A stretch of 64,000 nucleotides of DNA, taken from positions 1 to 64,000 of the IMG/VR virus record IMGVR_UViG_3300029705_000104; one strand, given 5' to 3'. This DNA comes from a virus. How positions within the stretch are numbered: position 1 is the first letter of the stretch; every line of letters begins with the position of its first letter. A program made the position numbers and the translations under genes. Shown here one piece after another: positions 17,837 to 27,050 of this stretch. The notes beneath the pieces are model-generated. The model made no database searches. It saw only the letters and a program-made list of their open reading frames with translations, and had not been told where the DNA came from.

Positions 17837-17837
17837 A

Positions 17838-18095
17838 TTACCATCTGCGCTGGGGATTATACTCATAGATCTGAACGAGATTGTTTAAGCCTTTAGACAC
17901 TAATATGTCATGAGCTTTTTCTTTGTCGCGATCAAATTCCTCTTGAGTCTTATGAAAAGGACAATTTCCATTAGGGTAACCTTCATTTAAAATTTTGCAT
18001 TGCGTTCCACAGATATTAGCAAAACAATCGTACTTTAAACAGCGAACCAACATAGGCATATTTGTCACCTCAGCTATAAATATGTTGAACCCCAA
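17838..18095 (-). CDS. Cys-rich small protein
   Basis: CLKYDCFANICGTQCKILNEGYPNGNCPFH. Confidence 0.3.
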   Translation of the reverse strand: MGFNIFIAEVTNMPMLVRCLKYDCFANICGTQCKILNEGYPNGNCPFHKTQEEFDRDKEKAHDILVSKGLNNLVQIYEYNPQRRW

Positions 18096-18564
18096 TTAAT
18101 AAATCATCTGCATTAATCCTTTGAGATCTTAAATCGTCCCGGATTTTGATTAATATATTAATTTTCGTCCGTCCTAATCCTTTAATTGTGCGCAAGTTTT
18201 CAAAAGTTGTACCTCGTAGCCAGGCAATTAAATCTCTAGCCCCCTGTTCATTATTTATAAAATATAAATTTCCAACCACGCGTTTGATAATGCCATCAAT
18301 TGAAAGATTTTGATGGCAATAACCGTAAATCATATTTTCATACAATTTATTCAAACGGTCAACTAAAATAGGTAGGGATCTGATAGGGGTTTTATTAATA
18401 TAATGCCTTTTACGTTCCTGTTGAAGAATTTGCTGGACTCGAATAAGACTTAAATCATAGTCTTTAACAATCTCGGTGGATGTTTTACCAAGATCATGCC
18501 ATTGATGAAAAATCTGCAAATCCCTTTCTCTTAGTTCTTTACCATTTTTACACGATCTAGACAT
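18070..18564 (-). CDS. sigma-70 region-4-like HTH DNA-binding regulator
   Basis: LRERDLQIFHQWHDLGKTSTEIVKDYDLSLIRVQQIL matches the sigma r4 / LuxR-type HTH; C-terminal GLGRTKINILIKI is HhH-like. Confidence 0.45.
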   Translation of the reverse strand: MSRSCKNGKELRERDLQIFHQWHDLGKTSTEIVKDYDLSLIRVQQILQQERKRHYINKTPIRSLPILVDRLNKLYENMIYGYCHQNLSIDGIIKRVVGNLYFINNEQGARDLIAWLRGTTFENLRTIKGLGRTKINILIKIRDDLRSQRINADDLLIGVQHIYS

Positions 18565-18578
18565 AATAGATCTCCTTT

Positions 18579-19190
18579 TTAAATTCGATAAATACGATAG
18601 CCAAGCCGTTGCCAGTCCAGAATATCCATTGTGTCAATTCGACGATCTAATTTTTCTCTGTAATTAGAAATCATCTCATTGTAGGCAGTTTCTAACTTTT
18701 TCTCATATTTTGCCTTAATTGCATTGAGATCATCTGTAAGTCTGTCCATAGTTAATTCAACCGATCGAGCTTGGACATCTTTGATAATAGCATCTTTATT
18801 TATTAGATCTATTTCTTCACGAAGCTTTTGATCAATTTGAGGTATAAGTTTATCTCGTTGAGTTGCAATTTCTAAACGTGTCTCAGAATTGATCTCTGTA
18901 AAAATATCATTGCGAATGTTTCGTACATTCTCACGAACTGCTTCAGGAACTTCTCGATTAACTGCTTGCTGAACTGCCTTGTTCACAACTTCTTCTTTAA
19001 CCTGAATTTCAGTTTTATCTGCCAAATCTTTGATTACGGAATTTAATTTTGTGGTGGCTTTTTTATTTTCAGCATCAGTTGCATTAAGCTGTTTATTAAC
19101 TTTTCGAGATTCTACACAAACTACACCTAATGCGGCAGCAGCAAGGGCTACTGCAAGGCCACCAAGAATTAAAACAACATGCTCTTTCAT
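18579..19190 (-). CDS. membrane-anchored coiled-coil protein
   Basis: N-terminal TM helix (LILGGLAVALAAAALGVVCV) plus long helical region. Confidence 0.35.
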   Translation of the reverse strand: MKEHVVLILGGLAVALAAAALGVVCVESRKVNKQLNATDAENKKATTKLNSVIKDLADKTEIQVKEEVVNKAVQQAVNREVPEAVRENVRNIRNDIFTEINSETRLEIATQRDKLIPQIDQKLREEIDLINKDAIIKDVQARSVELTMDRLTDDLNAIKAKYEKKLETAYNEMISNYREKLDRRIDTMDILDWQRLGYRIYRI

Positions 19191-20161
19191 ATTGGAAAAA
19201 CTCCTTCCTCTTCATCAAATTCAACAATATTCCCATCTCTTAAACAATATAAAACATTAGGCTTTAAAATTTTGCCATCTATTTGAACGGCTTTTACACA
19301 AACAGGTATCCATACGCATTCCCCAGATTGGTCAGTTTTATATAAAGTCCATTCAGCTAAAACAATCCAATCTCCTATTTTTCCACTAACTCTAGAAAAA
19401 CATCCAGTAGCTACTCCAATAGATCGTTTGCCGTCCATTCGTATAACAGCATTTGATCCAGTGCAACATATAACGGACTCATCTCCAGAAGTATAGTACC
19501 GTGATCCAGAAGTTGTACTAACGATTTGAGCATCCTCACCTAAAGCAGCAATCTTTGAACATCCTCCAGTCGTTGCGATTCTTGTATGCTGTCCAGTATC
19601 TGCAATTTTTGATATACAACTAGATGTGGCGATATGATTGCAACTTCCTGTACTCGCAATAGTCGCTTCTGATGTAGAAGCGCTAATGCTATTGTCAGCT
19701 CCAATGATGCCGATTCGAGCTTTTGCATATTCAAATGAGGCATTTATCTGATTTTCAGTAATTTCTGCATGTATTGTATTACGTAAAAGCTCATACATAT
19801 ATCGCCCATATCGTGTAGTTGCTGCAGACCATTGAGTTAATTTTTCCGATAATTTATCAAGTCCTATTTTTATAAAAGTGTGAAGTGAAATTTTTCGGCC
19901 AATATATAACTTTTGTGTAGCTCTTTTGTTCCCATGCCTAAAAAGAGTATTTCCCAATGCTTTGACATGTGCAAATGCGTAGGGCCTCGCTTGTTTATCT
20001 AATATTGGATAATAATCAAAGCAATCTAAAGGCGTTTCACAAAAATGCATTGTCCCAGGTTTACAAATTCCACGGCCATTTTCTTCATAAGTTTTGTAGG
20101 ATTCATATCGTTTACCACGACAGGTCATATCTGCTTCAAAAGCTTTATATCCCTTTATCAT
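19187..20161 (-). CDS. protein with N-terminal CxxG-HFC domain (related to the CxxGIHFF domain) and 9-residue beta-helix-like repeats
   Basis: N-terminus MIKGYKAFEADMTCRGKRY...CKPGTMHFCETPLDCFDYY. Middle carries about 6 tandem IAxTGxxSx nonamers (IASTGSCNH/IATSSCISK/IADTGQHTR/IATTGGCSK...). Confidence 0.45.
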   Translation of the reverse strand: MIKGYKAFEADMTCRGKRYESYKTYEENGRGICKPGTMHFCETPLDCFDYYPILDKQARPYAFAHVKALGNTLFRHGNKRATQKLYIGRKISLHTFIKIGLDKLSEKLTQWSAATTRYGRYMYELLRNTIHAEITENQINASFEYAKARIGIIGADNSISASTSEATIASTGSCNHIATSSCISKIADTGQHTRIATTGGCSKIAALGEDAQIVSTTSGSRYYTSGDESVICCTGSNAVIRMDGKRSIGVATGCFSRVSGKIGDWIVLAEWTLYKTDQSGECVWIPVCVKAVQIDGKILKPNVLYCLRDGNIVEFDEEEGVFPI

Positions 20162-20342
20162 TGTGGATATTCCTCCTTAAATTATAACTGTAATTGATTT
20201 TGTATCTGGATATGCTTTTATAAGACGCTTTACTTCTCGCATAGCACTTTTTCTCCATCGAGATTTTCTATAGGATTTTCTACCAAAATGCATATCAATT
20301 TTTACAGCTTTGAACATTTTATTGTTCCTCCTTTTTTTTTTT

Positions 20343-20380
20343 AAAAAAATATAAAGAAGCTGTTAATCATTTAGCTTCTT
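20343..20380 (-). terminator. intrinsic terminator
   Basis: Hairpin AAGAAGCT-gttaatcattt-AGCTTCTT followed (on minus strand) by a long T/A run. Confidence 0.45.
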
Positions 20381-20401
20381 TATATGGGCTGCTTTTGCTT
20401 T

Positions 20402-20533
20402 TTATGCATTAGATTCTTTTATAGACTTAGGGTTTAAAACTCCTTCCACCGTTTTTACTATTTTGTCAACTCCCAGATAGACAATAATACCAAAAACTGC
20501 AATTACAATTAAACCATTAATTTCCACTTTCAT
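20402..20533 (-). CDS. small hydrophobic peptide (43 aa)
   Basis: Minus-strand ORF MKVEINGLIVIAVFGIIVYLGVDKIVKTVEGVLNPKSIKESNA with AGGAGA RBS; below the ORF-track size cutoff. Lies between promoter motif 20559-20585 and terminator 20343-20380. Confidence 0.35.
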   Translation of the reverse strand: MKVEINGLIVIAVFGIIVYLGVDKIVKTVEGVLNPKSIKESNA

Positions 20534-20558
20534 TTTGAATCTCCTTTCTAGGCATAGT

Positions 20559-20585
20559 CTAAGCTACTCCCATTAAAGGACATGT
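20559..20585 (-). promoter_or_regulatory. copy of conserved promoter-like motif
   Basis: Minus reading ttttcgcatataaAACATGtccttTAATGGgag. Confidence 0.45.
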
Positions 20586-20616
20586 TTTATATGCGAAAAA
20601 AGTATAAGGCCATGTC
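20586..20616 (-). terminator. intrinsic terminator
   Basis: A6 then GTATAAGG-ccatgtcga-CCTTATAC hairpin (plus-strand view); downstream of gene 20634-21107. Confidence 0.45.
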
Positions 20617-20633
20617 GACCTTATACTTTTGAT

Positions 20634-21107
20634 TTAGCAATCCCATGCCAAATAGAAACCTTTTCTTTTTAATTGAACCTCTTTGCTCAATTTCATAAAT
20701 TTGCATACGCTGGATTGATCCCAGTTCATGCCTCTTGCTGCGGCCTTTTGTGTAGGCCATCGGTCAAGCACATTATCATATTGATTTAACTTCAATACAT
20801 GAGCTTTTTTATTAGCATTTTTTCTTTCATCTGCCTTACTTACTTTGACAGGTTTTTCATTTATAGGGTTCTTTTTCGCTGCCTTTTGAGCAGCAAAGTT
20901 TCCAGATTCTAGTGCTTCAATTGCCATTTCTAGCGCATCTATATCTGCTTTGCATGCGTCTCTTTCTGCTACAGCTTTATCTAAAGCATCTCGTGCTTTT
21001 TCAAAATCCGCTTGCAGAGTTTTCACTTTTGCTTCACTTAGTTGTAAAGCAGGTTTTATCTTTTTGAGTTCCTTTTTCATATCTGAAATAGTCACTTCAA
21101 TGTCCAT
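20634..21107 (-). CDS. coiled-coil protein
   Basis: Likely start at the internal Met MDIEVTISDMKK; heptad-rich. Confidence 0.35.
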   Translation of the reverse strand: MDIEVTISDMKKELKKIKPALQLSEAKVKTLQADFEKARDALDKAVAERDACKADIDALEMAIEALESGNFAAQKAAKKNPINEKPVKVSKADERKNANKKAHVLKLNQYDNVLDRWPTQKAAARGMNWDQSSVCKFMKLSKEVQLKRKGFYLAWDC

Positions 21108-21120
21108 ATAATTTTCCTCC

Positions 21121-21345
21121 TTATTTAATTTGGTAAAAAACCACACAGACCAGAATGCAGAATGAGCGGTATAATGCTTTTGCATTTAACCACGCAGTCG
21201 CCATTTTATGCCTTCTGCAGGCACGGTTCGTTTTGTGAACCAGTTTTGTGTACAATGCCATCTTGTCTTCAAATGACAGATTCATTTTCCACAATTCGTT
21301 AGTTTGAGCATTAAGCTCATTAATAAGTTCCATTGTGTTTTTCAT
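21121..21345 (-). CDS. hypothetical protein
   Basis: 74-aa ORF downstream of promoter motif 21387-21414. Confidence 0.3.
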   Translation of the reverse strand: MKNTMELINELNAQTNELWKMNLSFEDKMALYTKLVHKTNRACRRHKMATAWLNAKALYRSFCILVCVVFYQIK

Positions 21346-21386
21346 TGTTTTTCTCCTTTCTTTTGTATTTATCTAGTATAGTGTTT

Positions 21387-21414
21387 CCCATTAATATACA
21401 TGTTTATCTCGCGA
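21387..21414 (-). promoter_or_regulatory. copy of conserved promoter-like motif
   Basis: Minus reading tcgcgagataAACATGtatatTAATGGg. Confidence 0.45.
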
Positions 21415-21426
21415 TATTTATAATCG

Positions 21427-21459
21427 AAAAAAAAATATCCCGTGTTTTTTACACGGGAT
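21427..21459 (-). terminator. intrinsic terminator
   Basis: A9 then ATCCCGTG-ttttttaca-CACGGGAT hairpin. Confidence 0.5.
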
Positions 21460-21472
21460 TTCGAGGAATTCA

Positions 21473-21688
21473 TTAACGGCCATACCAAATTAAGATCTCT
21501 GCCATTCCTCCAGGCAGTGGATTCACTGTCGCCTTTAATGGTAGAATACTCGGGTTTTGCTTTTCTTCTCTCTTATATCGCCCATTCATTTTTCTTACCT
21601 CTAAATAGGCTTCTCGAGAGTCGCTACAGACCTTCGCTCTATCAAAAAAAGTCCAGTGCAACTGCCTCTTTGTAGTTTGTCTCAACAT
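21473..21688 (-). CDS. hypothetical protein
   Basis: 71-aa ORF downstream of promoter motif 21715-21742. Confidence 0.3.
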   Translation of the reverse strand: MLRQTTKRQLHWTFFDRAKVCSDSREAYLEVRKMNGRYKREEKQNPSILPLKATVNPLPGGMAEILIWYGR

Positions 21689-21714
21689 GGTTATTAACCT
21701 CCTTCATGTTTATT

Positions 21715-21742
21715 CCATTAATATCCATGTTGATCACGCGTG
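21715..21742 (-). promoter_or_regulatory. copy of conserved promoter-like motif (CACGCGTG palindrome variant)
   Basis: Minus reading cacgcgtgatcAACATGgatatTAATGG; near-identical to copies at 35591 and 35890. Confidence 0.45.
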
Positions 21743-21833
21743 CATAAATGGTGATTTATCTTCAACTTTATATCACCATAGGTACCTCATCGACTTATAA
21801 ATATAAGTTTTATAGAAGAATGAAGCAAGAAAA

Positions 21834-22931
21834 TTATGACGAAATGAACTTGAGGATTTTCTCGAAATCCCAACTAGCTACCCAATCACAATTTTCTTTC
21901 AACAGACCATTGATCTCTTTGTCACTTACGACCACATCAGCCTCAGTAGGATCATCTACGACAGTACCAGACCATGCGTAAAGATCTCTGAGATTGATTA
22001 CGTCCGTAATCGTGAAGTATCTCTTCAAGAAATCCAATTGTGTTGCCCCAGCGACTCGAGTGCTCCCAGAACGAGCCAGGTTAAGCCAGATCATTTCTCG
22101 AGCTTCTAAATCTAAGGCGAACAGATATACAAAGCTCGATTCTGAAGTTATTCTAAAAGATGTTTCGACCGTTTTGGGATCGAATATCACTGGTTGCGGA
22201 AGAGAAAGAGCACCATAAACCGGACCCCTTTCACCCTTAAATATAAATTGGTTGGGATCCTTATCACGGATCATAAAACCTGCTATGCAGTCGCACTCAT
22301 TGAATTGACCACCATGTGTATATACATTGTTACACAGTACAATGTATCGAATATTCGGATATGTCTTTTTAAAGGCCTCAATATCTATATCATAATATTC
22401 GCTTCCGCCATTGTAGCCACTAGTCTGGTCACCAGAAAATACTATTGCAGCTCCAGACCACCTATTAGGCATGGTCCTCCAACTGAATTCTGTCTGGTTC
22501 CCATTGCAATCAAGACCAATGCAGCTTAGGTCAATGTCATTAACTTTTTCCCAATAGGTAAAAGCCCTGACAAATTGACCATTAGGAATTGGTATATGAC
22601 TCCCAGTAGGAAGAACCCCATATCCAGTTTCTCCAGTTGACATAGTCAATGGAACTGCGATTCTTTCCATTCCTGGGGCAATCCATACCTTTCCAAGCCG
22701 TCCAGCTAATGTCCGCTTTAAGCTTTCTTTAAGAGCCATTTTTGCAGAACTAAGCTTAAAAGAATTCAAATGGCTTTTACGCCTTTGAACTTCTTCTGTG
22801 CTTTCTTTATGCACAGTCATTCGATGGTTATGCATAAAGGTAAACGTTCTAGCCCCAGAAGTTGGGGTGATTGCGTCATAATGATACTTAAGCATCATCT
22901 GAATTAATACAACTGGATTTACTCTAGACAT
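21834..22931 (-). CDS. TerD-domain (tellurite-resistance/stress TerD-like) protein
   Basis: DIDLSCIGLDCNGNQ...IVFSGDQTSGYNGGSEYYDIDIEAF matches the TerD signature (DLDxSxxxLDxxGK...SGDNxTGEGDGDDE). Confidence 0.55.
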   Translation of the reverse strand: MSRVNPVVLIQMMLKYHYDAITPTSGARTFTFMHNHRMTVHKESTEEVQRRKSHLNSFKLSSAKMALKESLKRTLAGRLGKVWIAPGMERIAVPLTMSTGETGYGVLPTGSHIPIPNGQFVRAFTYWEKVNDIDLSCIGLDCNGNQTEFSWRTMPNRWSGAAIVFSGDQTSGYNGGSEYYDIDIEAFKKTYPNIRYIVLCNNVYTHGGQFNECDCIAGFMIRDKDPNQFIFKGERGPVYGALSLPQPVIFDPKTVETSFRITSESSFVYLFALDLEAREMIWLNLARSGSTRVAGATQLDFLKRYFTITDVINLRDLYAWSGTVVDDPTEADVVVSDKEINGLLKENCDWVASWDFEKILKFISS

Positions 22932-23992
22932 TTTATTACCTCCTTAAGATCCGATTCCAGGACACAGCGACTAAGAATATAATTCAAATGCCGCACTAAA
23001 GCAGATGGACCTTTTTCAGCAACTAAAACTTTTGCAGCTTCTGCCGGTTTGTTCTCCTTCATAAGCTGTTCAAACCTTGAATAGGTCGAGTGATTTACAT
23101 TACTCCGGATATCAATTACAAATGCCTGCATAAGCTTTGATTTCGGTTTGTAATGAAGATGATGAAATAGACCACACCAGATCTTTCGTTTTTCAAAACA
23201 TTCCGAGAAATTGCATTGGTTCACACTTGCAGTATTGAAATAGTCAATCACAGCAGTAATAAATTTTCTATCCTGATTTTTAAGGTTCAAAGCTTTCAAA
23301 TTTTCGCTGTGATATTGAGTCCACTGAATATAGCGAACCAATTTAATGATATCGGAAAGCTTCAAATATTTGCAGAATTCAAGTTCTTTGAATTTGTATA
23401 AAAGACCGATAACTGTCTCTTTACAGGGCATGTTCTTAGGCAAAATGCGAGTCGTGTAATCACGATATCCTTGTTCAATTAATTTTTCCCACATTTCACT
23501 TAAAGGGCGATTCAAGCTAAGCATGTCTTGCAAAGAAGTAATCAAAACTTGCTCAGCTTCGTATTCATTCAAAATCTTGAATTCTTTCGGCTTAATGTTT
23601 TCATTATATACAAGCCGTTCAAAATTTTCACGACCTAATGTGGCTTCTGCTACAGAATGTCCAGGTTGATCGAACCATCCAAAACCATAAGTTTGAATAT
23701 AATGGTAGACCTGGTCCATAAGACGAAGATCAGCAGGAATCAGATCTCTTACTGTTCTTGGAAACCCACGATAAAAAGGTTCAGGCACATCTTCTCCTAA
23801 ACAGACCTGGGCATCACGAATCATATGGACATTCGCAAGCTGGGGATTTTCAGTAATATGAATCCCAAATTTCTGTCCTAGAGTAATAATAACATCCAGC
23901 GGAGTATAATTTTCTTCAATATTATTTTCATCACATTTATTGCAAACCAGAATATGTTTAGTAAATAAGAAATCCCGATAAATATCTAACAT
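22919..23992 (-). CDS. hypothetical protein
   Basis: 357 aa; 13-nt overlap with the TerD-like gene downstream suggests co-translation. Confidence 0.35.
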   Translation of the reverse strand: MLDIYRDFLFTKHILVCNKCDENNIEENYTPLDVIITLGQKFGIHITENPQLANVHMIRDAQVCLGEDVPEPFYRGFPRTVRDLIPADLRLMDQVYHYIQTYGFGWFDQPGHSVAEATLGRENFERLVYNENIKPKEFKILNEYEAEQVLITSLQDMLSLNRPLSEMWEKLIEQGYRDYTTRILPKNMPCKETVIGLLYKFKELEFCKYLKLSDIIKLVRYIQWTQYHSENLKALNLKNQDRKFITAVIDYFNTASVNQCNFSECFEKRKIWCGLFHHLHYKPKSKLMQAFVIDIRSNVNHSTYSRFEQLMKENKPAEAAKVLVAEKGPSALVRHLNYILSRCVLESDLKEVIKCLE

Positions 23993-24039
23993 AGTTATTT
24001 GCTCCTTTTCATGATGTTGATGAACTAAATATTTTAGCC

Positions 24040-24410
24040 AATATATTGTAGAAGTAAGTCCATCTAGCTATTGCTCGCATGCAATAAATTTGATAACTAT
24101 TAGAAGATTAACAGTCTTTTCATAGAAGTAAGCCTATCATAGCTTTGCATGCATTTTCCGACATATTGTGAGACTCTTATTTGCACAAGGGTATCAGCCT
24201 TTATAAAGAAGTAAGCCTCACTAGCTTTATCATAAAAGATTTTGATTAAAATCAGAGGTTATTGTTACGCTCGGCATAAAAGTGACTAGTGATTAGCCGT
24301 TATTATATATGCGTAGAAGTAAGCATGCCCACGTTTTTAGGTTATATTGATAGACTCTTTGTGGTCCCAAAGCATATTTTGGAGAAGTAAGTCTATCTAG
24401 CTTCGCCACT
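24040..24410. repeat. array of 5 degenerate ~21-bp direct repeats (AGAAGTAAGYCYATCWAGCT) in a 470-bp non-coding region
   Basis: Copies start at 24050, 24124, 24207, 24315 and 24384 (spacings 74, 83, 108, 69 bp); each is preceded by TATA-rich sequence and two are followed by GCATGC. Confidence 0.6.
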
Positions 24411-24462
24411 TTTACACCAACTAGCTCTTTTGATTATAATCTAAATCTATTAATAAGTAAAA

Positions 24463-25245
24463 TTAAATATCCGTAGCCGATTTTTCATTCATTTTAGATT
24501 TCATCATTTCTGCTACGGCATCCGGATCGCCTTCAACCCATTCCCAAGTTTTGGTCTCGCGATTGAATTTTTCTCCATAAACGCAATGATATTTTTGATC
24601 GGCATCAAAATATCCAACCATATTACCCCAAATAGGTTTGCTGGCTGATCCATCAGATTCCTTCTTCCTTGCCCATGGAAGATCATCTGTATGGCACTGA
24701 ATATATTTTTCATCTTTACACCGTTTAGAAGATGCTCGCCAGTTCCAATTGCATGCAACTCGCAGACTATTCACAGGTTTACTATGATAGGTGAGTTGCT
24801 CTTCAGTGCCTTTAGGAATCAAGCATGCAGAAATCCAACGGTGAGAAGCGCTGGCAATGATATGAGTATCTTTCAGCTTTTCTGCAACTTTCAGAAAGAA
24901 AGCATTACATTTTTTAAGCTGCTCTTGCCGTTCAATATTCGGCCGGTTTGCAAGATTTTTTTCTGCCTTCTCTGAGGCACTAGTATTTTCTGCTTTAGGA
25001 GTATCGGGAGGAAGTTTTAACATTTCCAAAGCATTCGGATCATCCGTTTTGATATCGACTCCTTTTTCTCTCGCATGCAGAACCAGATTGCGAATGCTTT
25101 CATTTTGAACAGGCTCTGACAAATCAACCTGTAAAGTAATATAACCAGGAAATTCTACTCCGGCCATCTCGGAAATATGGAATCCTTCATTCATATACCA
25201 TTTGATATCGTCCCAGTTTCTCATTTCAATAATAATATTAGACAT
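24463..25245 (-). CDS. hypothetical protein
   Basis: 260-aa ORF. Confidence 0.35.
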   Translation of the reverse strand: MSNIIIEMRNWDDIKWYMNEGFHISEMAGVEFPGYITLQVDLSEPVQNESIRNLVLHAREKGVDIKTDDPNALEMLKLPPDTPKAENTSASEKAEKNLANRPNIERQEQLKKCNAFFLKVAEKLKDTHIIASASHRWISACLIPKGTEEQLTYHSKPVNSLRVACNWNWRASSKRCKDEKYIQCHTDDLPWARKKESDGSASKPIWGNMVGYFDADQKYHCVYGEKFNRETKTWEWVEGDPDAVAEMMKSKMNEKSATDI

Positions 25246-25317
25246 TAAAAATTCCTCCTTTTAATAAAAGAAAGGAACACGTTTTAAATTACGTATTCCT
25301 TTAATCTTTGGATTGGG

Positions 25318-25626
25318 TTATCTTTGATCATGCTTCAAGTTTTCAAATTTCAACATCTCGGTCATGTAGTAAATTGCATCATCTGTAAAACCAGAGTCTT
25401 TCAACTGCTTTTCAAAGGATTCAAATGTTGCAACATAATCGGCCTTAAGAACTTTAAATTGACCAGTTTGTTCAATTAAATCTTCCATTAGTTTTACATT
25501 ACCGGTCGAAATTTCAATGTTAAGGTCTTTTGATGCATCCTGAATCACATGAGAAACGGCTTGGAGATTCTTTTTCTTCTCCAGCAATAACTCATACCGG
25601 GCATTTACATCTTTGATAGTTAGCAT
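25318..25626 (-). CDS. hypothetical protein
   Basis: 102-aa helical ORF downstream of promoter motif 25643-25669. Confidence 0.3.
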   Translation of the reverse strand: MLTIKDVNARYELLLEKKKNLQAVSHVIQDASKDLNIEISTGNVKLMEDLIEQTGQFKVLKADYVATFESFEKQLKDSGFTDDAIYYMTEMLKFENLKHDQR

Positions 25627-25660
25627 AATTCTAACCTCCCTTCCTATTTAAGCGCATGTT

Positions 25661-25942
25661 TTAGATGCGTAAGAAATGACAAATAATTCCGACAATAATA
25701 CAAAGTCCGGTTATCAAAGCCAATATCTTTTGGCCAGAAATTGAATGAATTGGAGCTTTTTCTGATTCAGCACTTTCAGCTATTGCCTTCTTTCGAAAGA
25801 ATTCTAAACTCTTTTCATATTCATTTTTTTCGCGAACCAGCATCGAGCCACAATAAGAACAAGTAATTTGTTCATCATCATCTCTGAAAAATATTGTGCT
25901 TCCGCAATTTGGACATTTAAAATAGCCAGAAATATTTTTCAT
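25661..25942 (-). CDS. zinc-ribbon, tail-anchored membrane protein
   Basis: CPNCG...CSYCG ribbon and C-terminal TM helix. Start placed at MKNISGYF (AGGAGG RBS), which removes the overlap with 25944-26468. Confidence 0.35.
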   Translation of the reverse strand: MKNISGYFKCPNCGSTIFFRDDDEQITCSYCGSMLVREKNEYEKSLEFFRKKAIAESAESEKAPIHSISGQKILALITGLCIIVGIICHFLRI

Positions 25943-25943
25943 T

Positions 25944-26468
25944 TTAAAAAAGTGCCTCCTTTGACTTATAAGCATTTTTTCGTATCTTTGCATTATGCCT
26001 TGTTCGACATAAAACATCGGCATAAATTAAGGCACTTTTTTTATGCTTAAAATAATGGATTCCTGATCCGCATACATTTAAGGAAAAATCGAATCTCCAG
26101 TAAGGATGAACAATTATTCCTTTAAAATATGAAAACTCTGGATCATGAAATGAAAATGCTGGCCCTTCAAAAACCATTGGTTTTCCAGTATAATATGATA
26201 TGAACTCTATAACTTTTGCTATATCGCACCGATGCTTGGAATAAAGCTCTAAAAATGGATCACCATAAACAGTTTGCCATGCATTTTTAAGAATCTGGAG
26301 TTTAATAATAACTGGAATAGCGACATCATCTTGATTACGATAATAACACACTTTATAACCAATTTCATTTTCGGTTGCTCTCAAAACATTGTCTGCAAAA
26401 TATCTAGGATTTGTTATAATGCAATCATAAATTTTTTTGGAATTTGCTGGTTTAGTTGCCATTTTCAT
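25944..26468 (-). CDS. CxxGIHFF-domain protein (third paralog of the pentapeptide-protein C-terminal domain)
   Basis: HRCDIAKVIEF...CGSGIHYFKHKKSALIYAD aligns with KCRCSKAKVLEI...CSNGIHFFMTKEEAMEY. Confidence 0.45.
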   Translation of the reverse strand: MKMATKPANSKKIYDCIITNPRYFADNVLRATENEIGYKVCYYRNQDDVAIPVIIKLQILKNAWQTVYGDPFLELYSKHRCDIAKVIEFISYYTGKPMVFEGPAFSFHDPEFSYFKGIIVHPYWRFDFSLNVCGSGIHYFKHKKSALIYADVLCRTRHNAKIRKNAYKSKEALF

Positions 26469-26487
26469 TCCGTCCTTTCTTTTATTA

Positions 26488-26559
26488 CGGGCGTAGTAGG
26501 ATTCGAACCTACTCTAACAGAGTCAAAGTCTGTTGTGCTGCCTTTTACACTATACGCCT
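26488..26559 (-). tRNA. tRNA-Gln (anticodon UUG)
   Basis: Minus reading AGGCGTATAGTGTAAAAGGCAGCACAACAGACTTTGACTCTGTTAGAGTAGGTTCGAATCCTACTACGCCCG. Anticodon loop CTTTGAC; T-arm GTAGG-TTCGAAT-CCTAC. Confidence 0.7.
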
Positions 26560-26571
26560 ATAAGGTGCAGG

Positions 26572-26598
26572 GGTAAGGATTTCCACCTTACATGATAG
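26572..26598 (-). promoter_or_regulatory. conserved hairpin element GGTAAGG-atttcca-CCTTAC-ATGATAG immediately 5' of tRNA-Gln
   Basis: Near-identical copy at 28005-28029; diverged copy at 4342-4377. Confidence 0.4.
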
Positions 26599-26941
26599 TA
26601 CCTCCATGTTTTCTGTGTATCATCGCTCCATCCTCGTCATGCCCCTAAACGCTCTGGTGCACGCGTAGGATCGTACCTATCTGACCCAGCGTCTACTGGA
26701 CTCTTAATAAAGTAGTGTCGGCCTAACACATTTTTAATAGGACTCTATTAAGTTCCCGAACTGTACATATTCGTTCTATTCCGCCACCCTGCAAATGTAG
26801 ACCATATTCATACTAAAATCTCGAGATTAATGCCCTTTCCCTTTTGAATAACATGTACACAACGTTGCACGTACATGGCTTTCTAGCAAATTCAAAAGTA
26901 ACGCACCAGGCATTATTTAGTATTATTAGTACGGTCTACAA

Positions 26942-27026
26942 TGGTGCACCTAATAGGAGTTGAACCTACACATCCTAAGATACATGGACCTGAACCATGC
27001 GCGTCTACCTGTTCCGCCATAGGTGC
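26942..27026 (-). tRNA. tRNA-Leu (anticodon CAG), type II, CCA encoded
   Basis: Minus reading GCACCTATGGCGGAACAGGTAGACGCGCATGGTTCAGGTCCATG...GTAGGTTCAACTCCTATTAGGTGCACCA; long variable arm; anticodon loop TTCAGGT. Confidence 0.7.
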
Positions 27027-27050
27027 ATTAATAAGGCTTGTTTCTCATTT

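Noticed and set aside
24040-24410. CRISPR array
   Set aside because: Repeats are degenerate (not identical), ~20 bp long and spaced 70-110 bp apart, with no cas genes. The pattern fits iterons or operators, not CRISPR.
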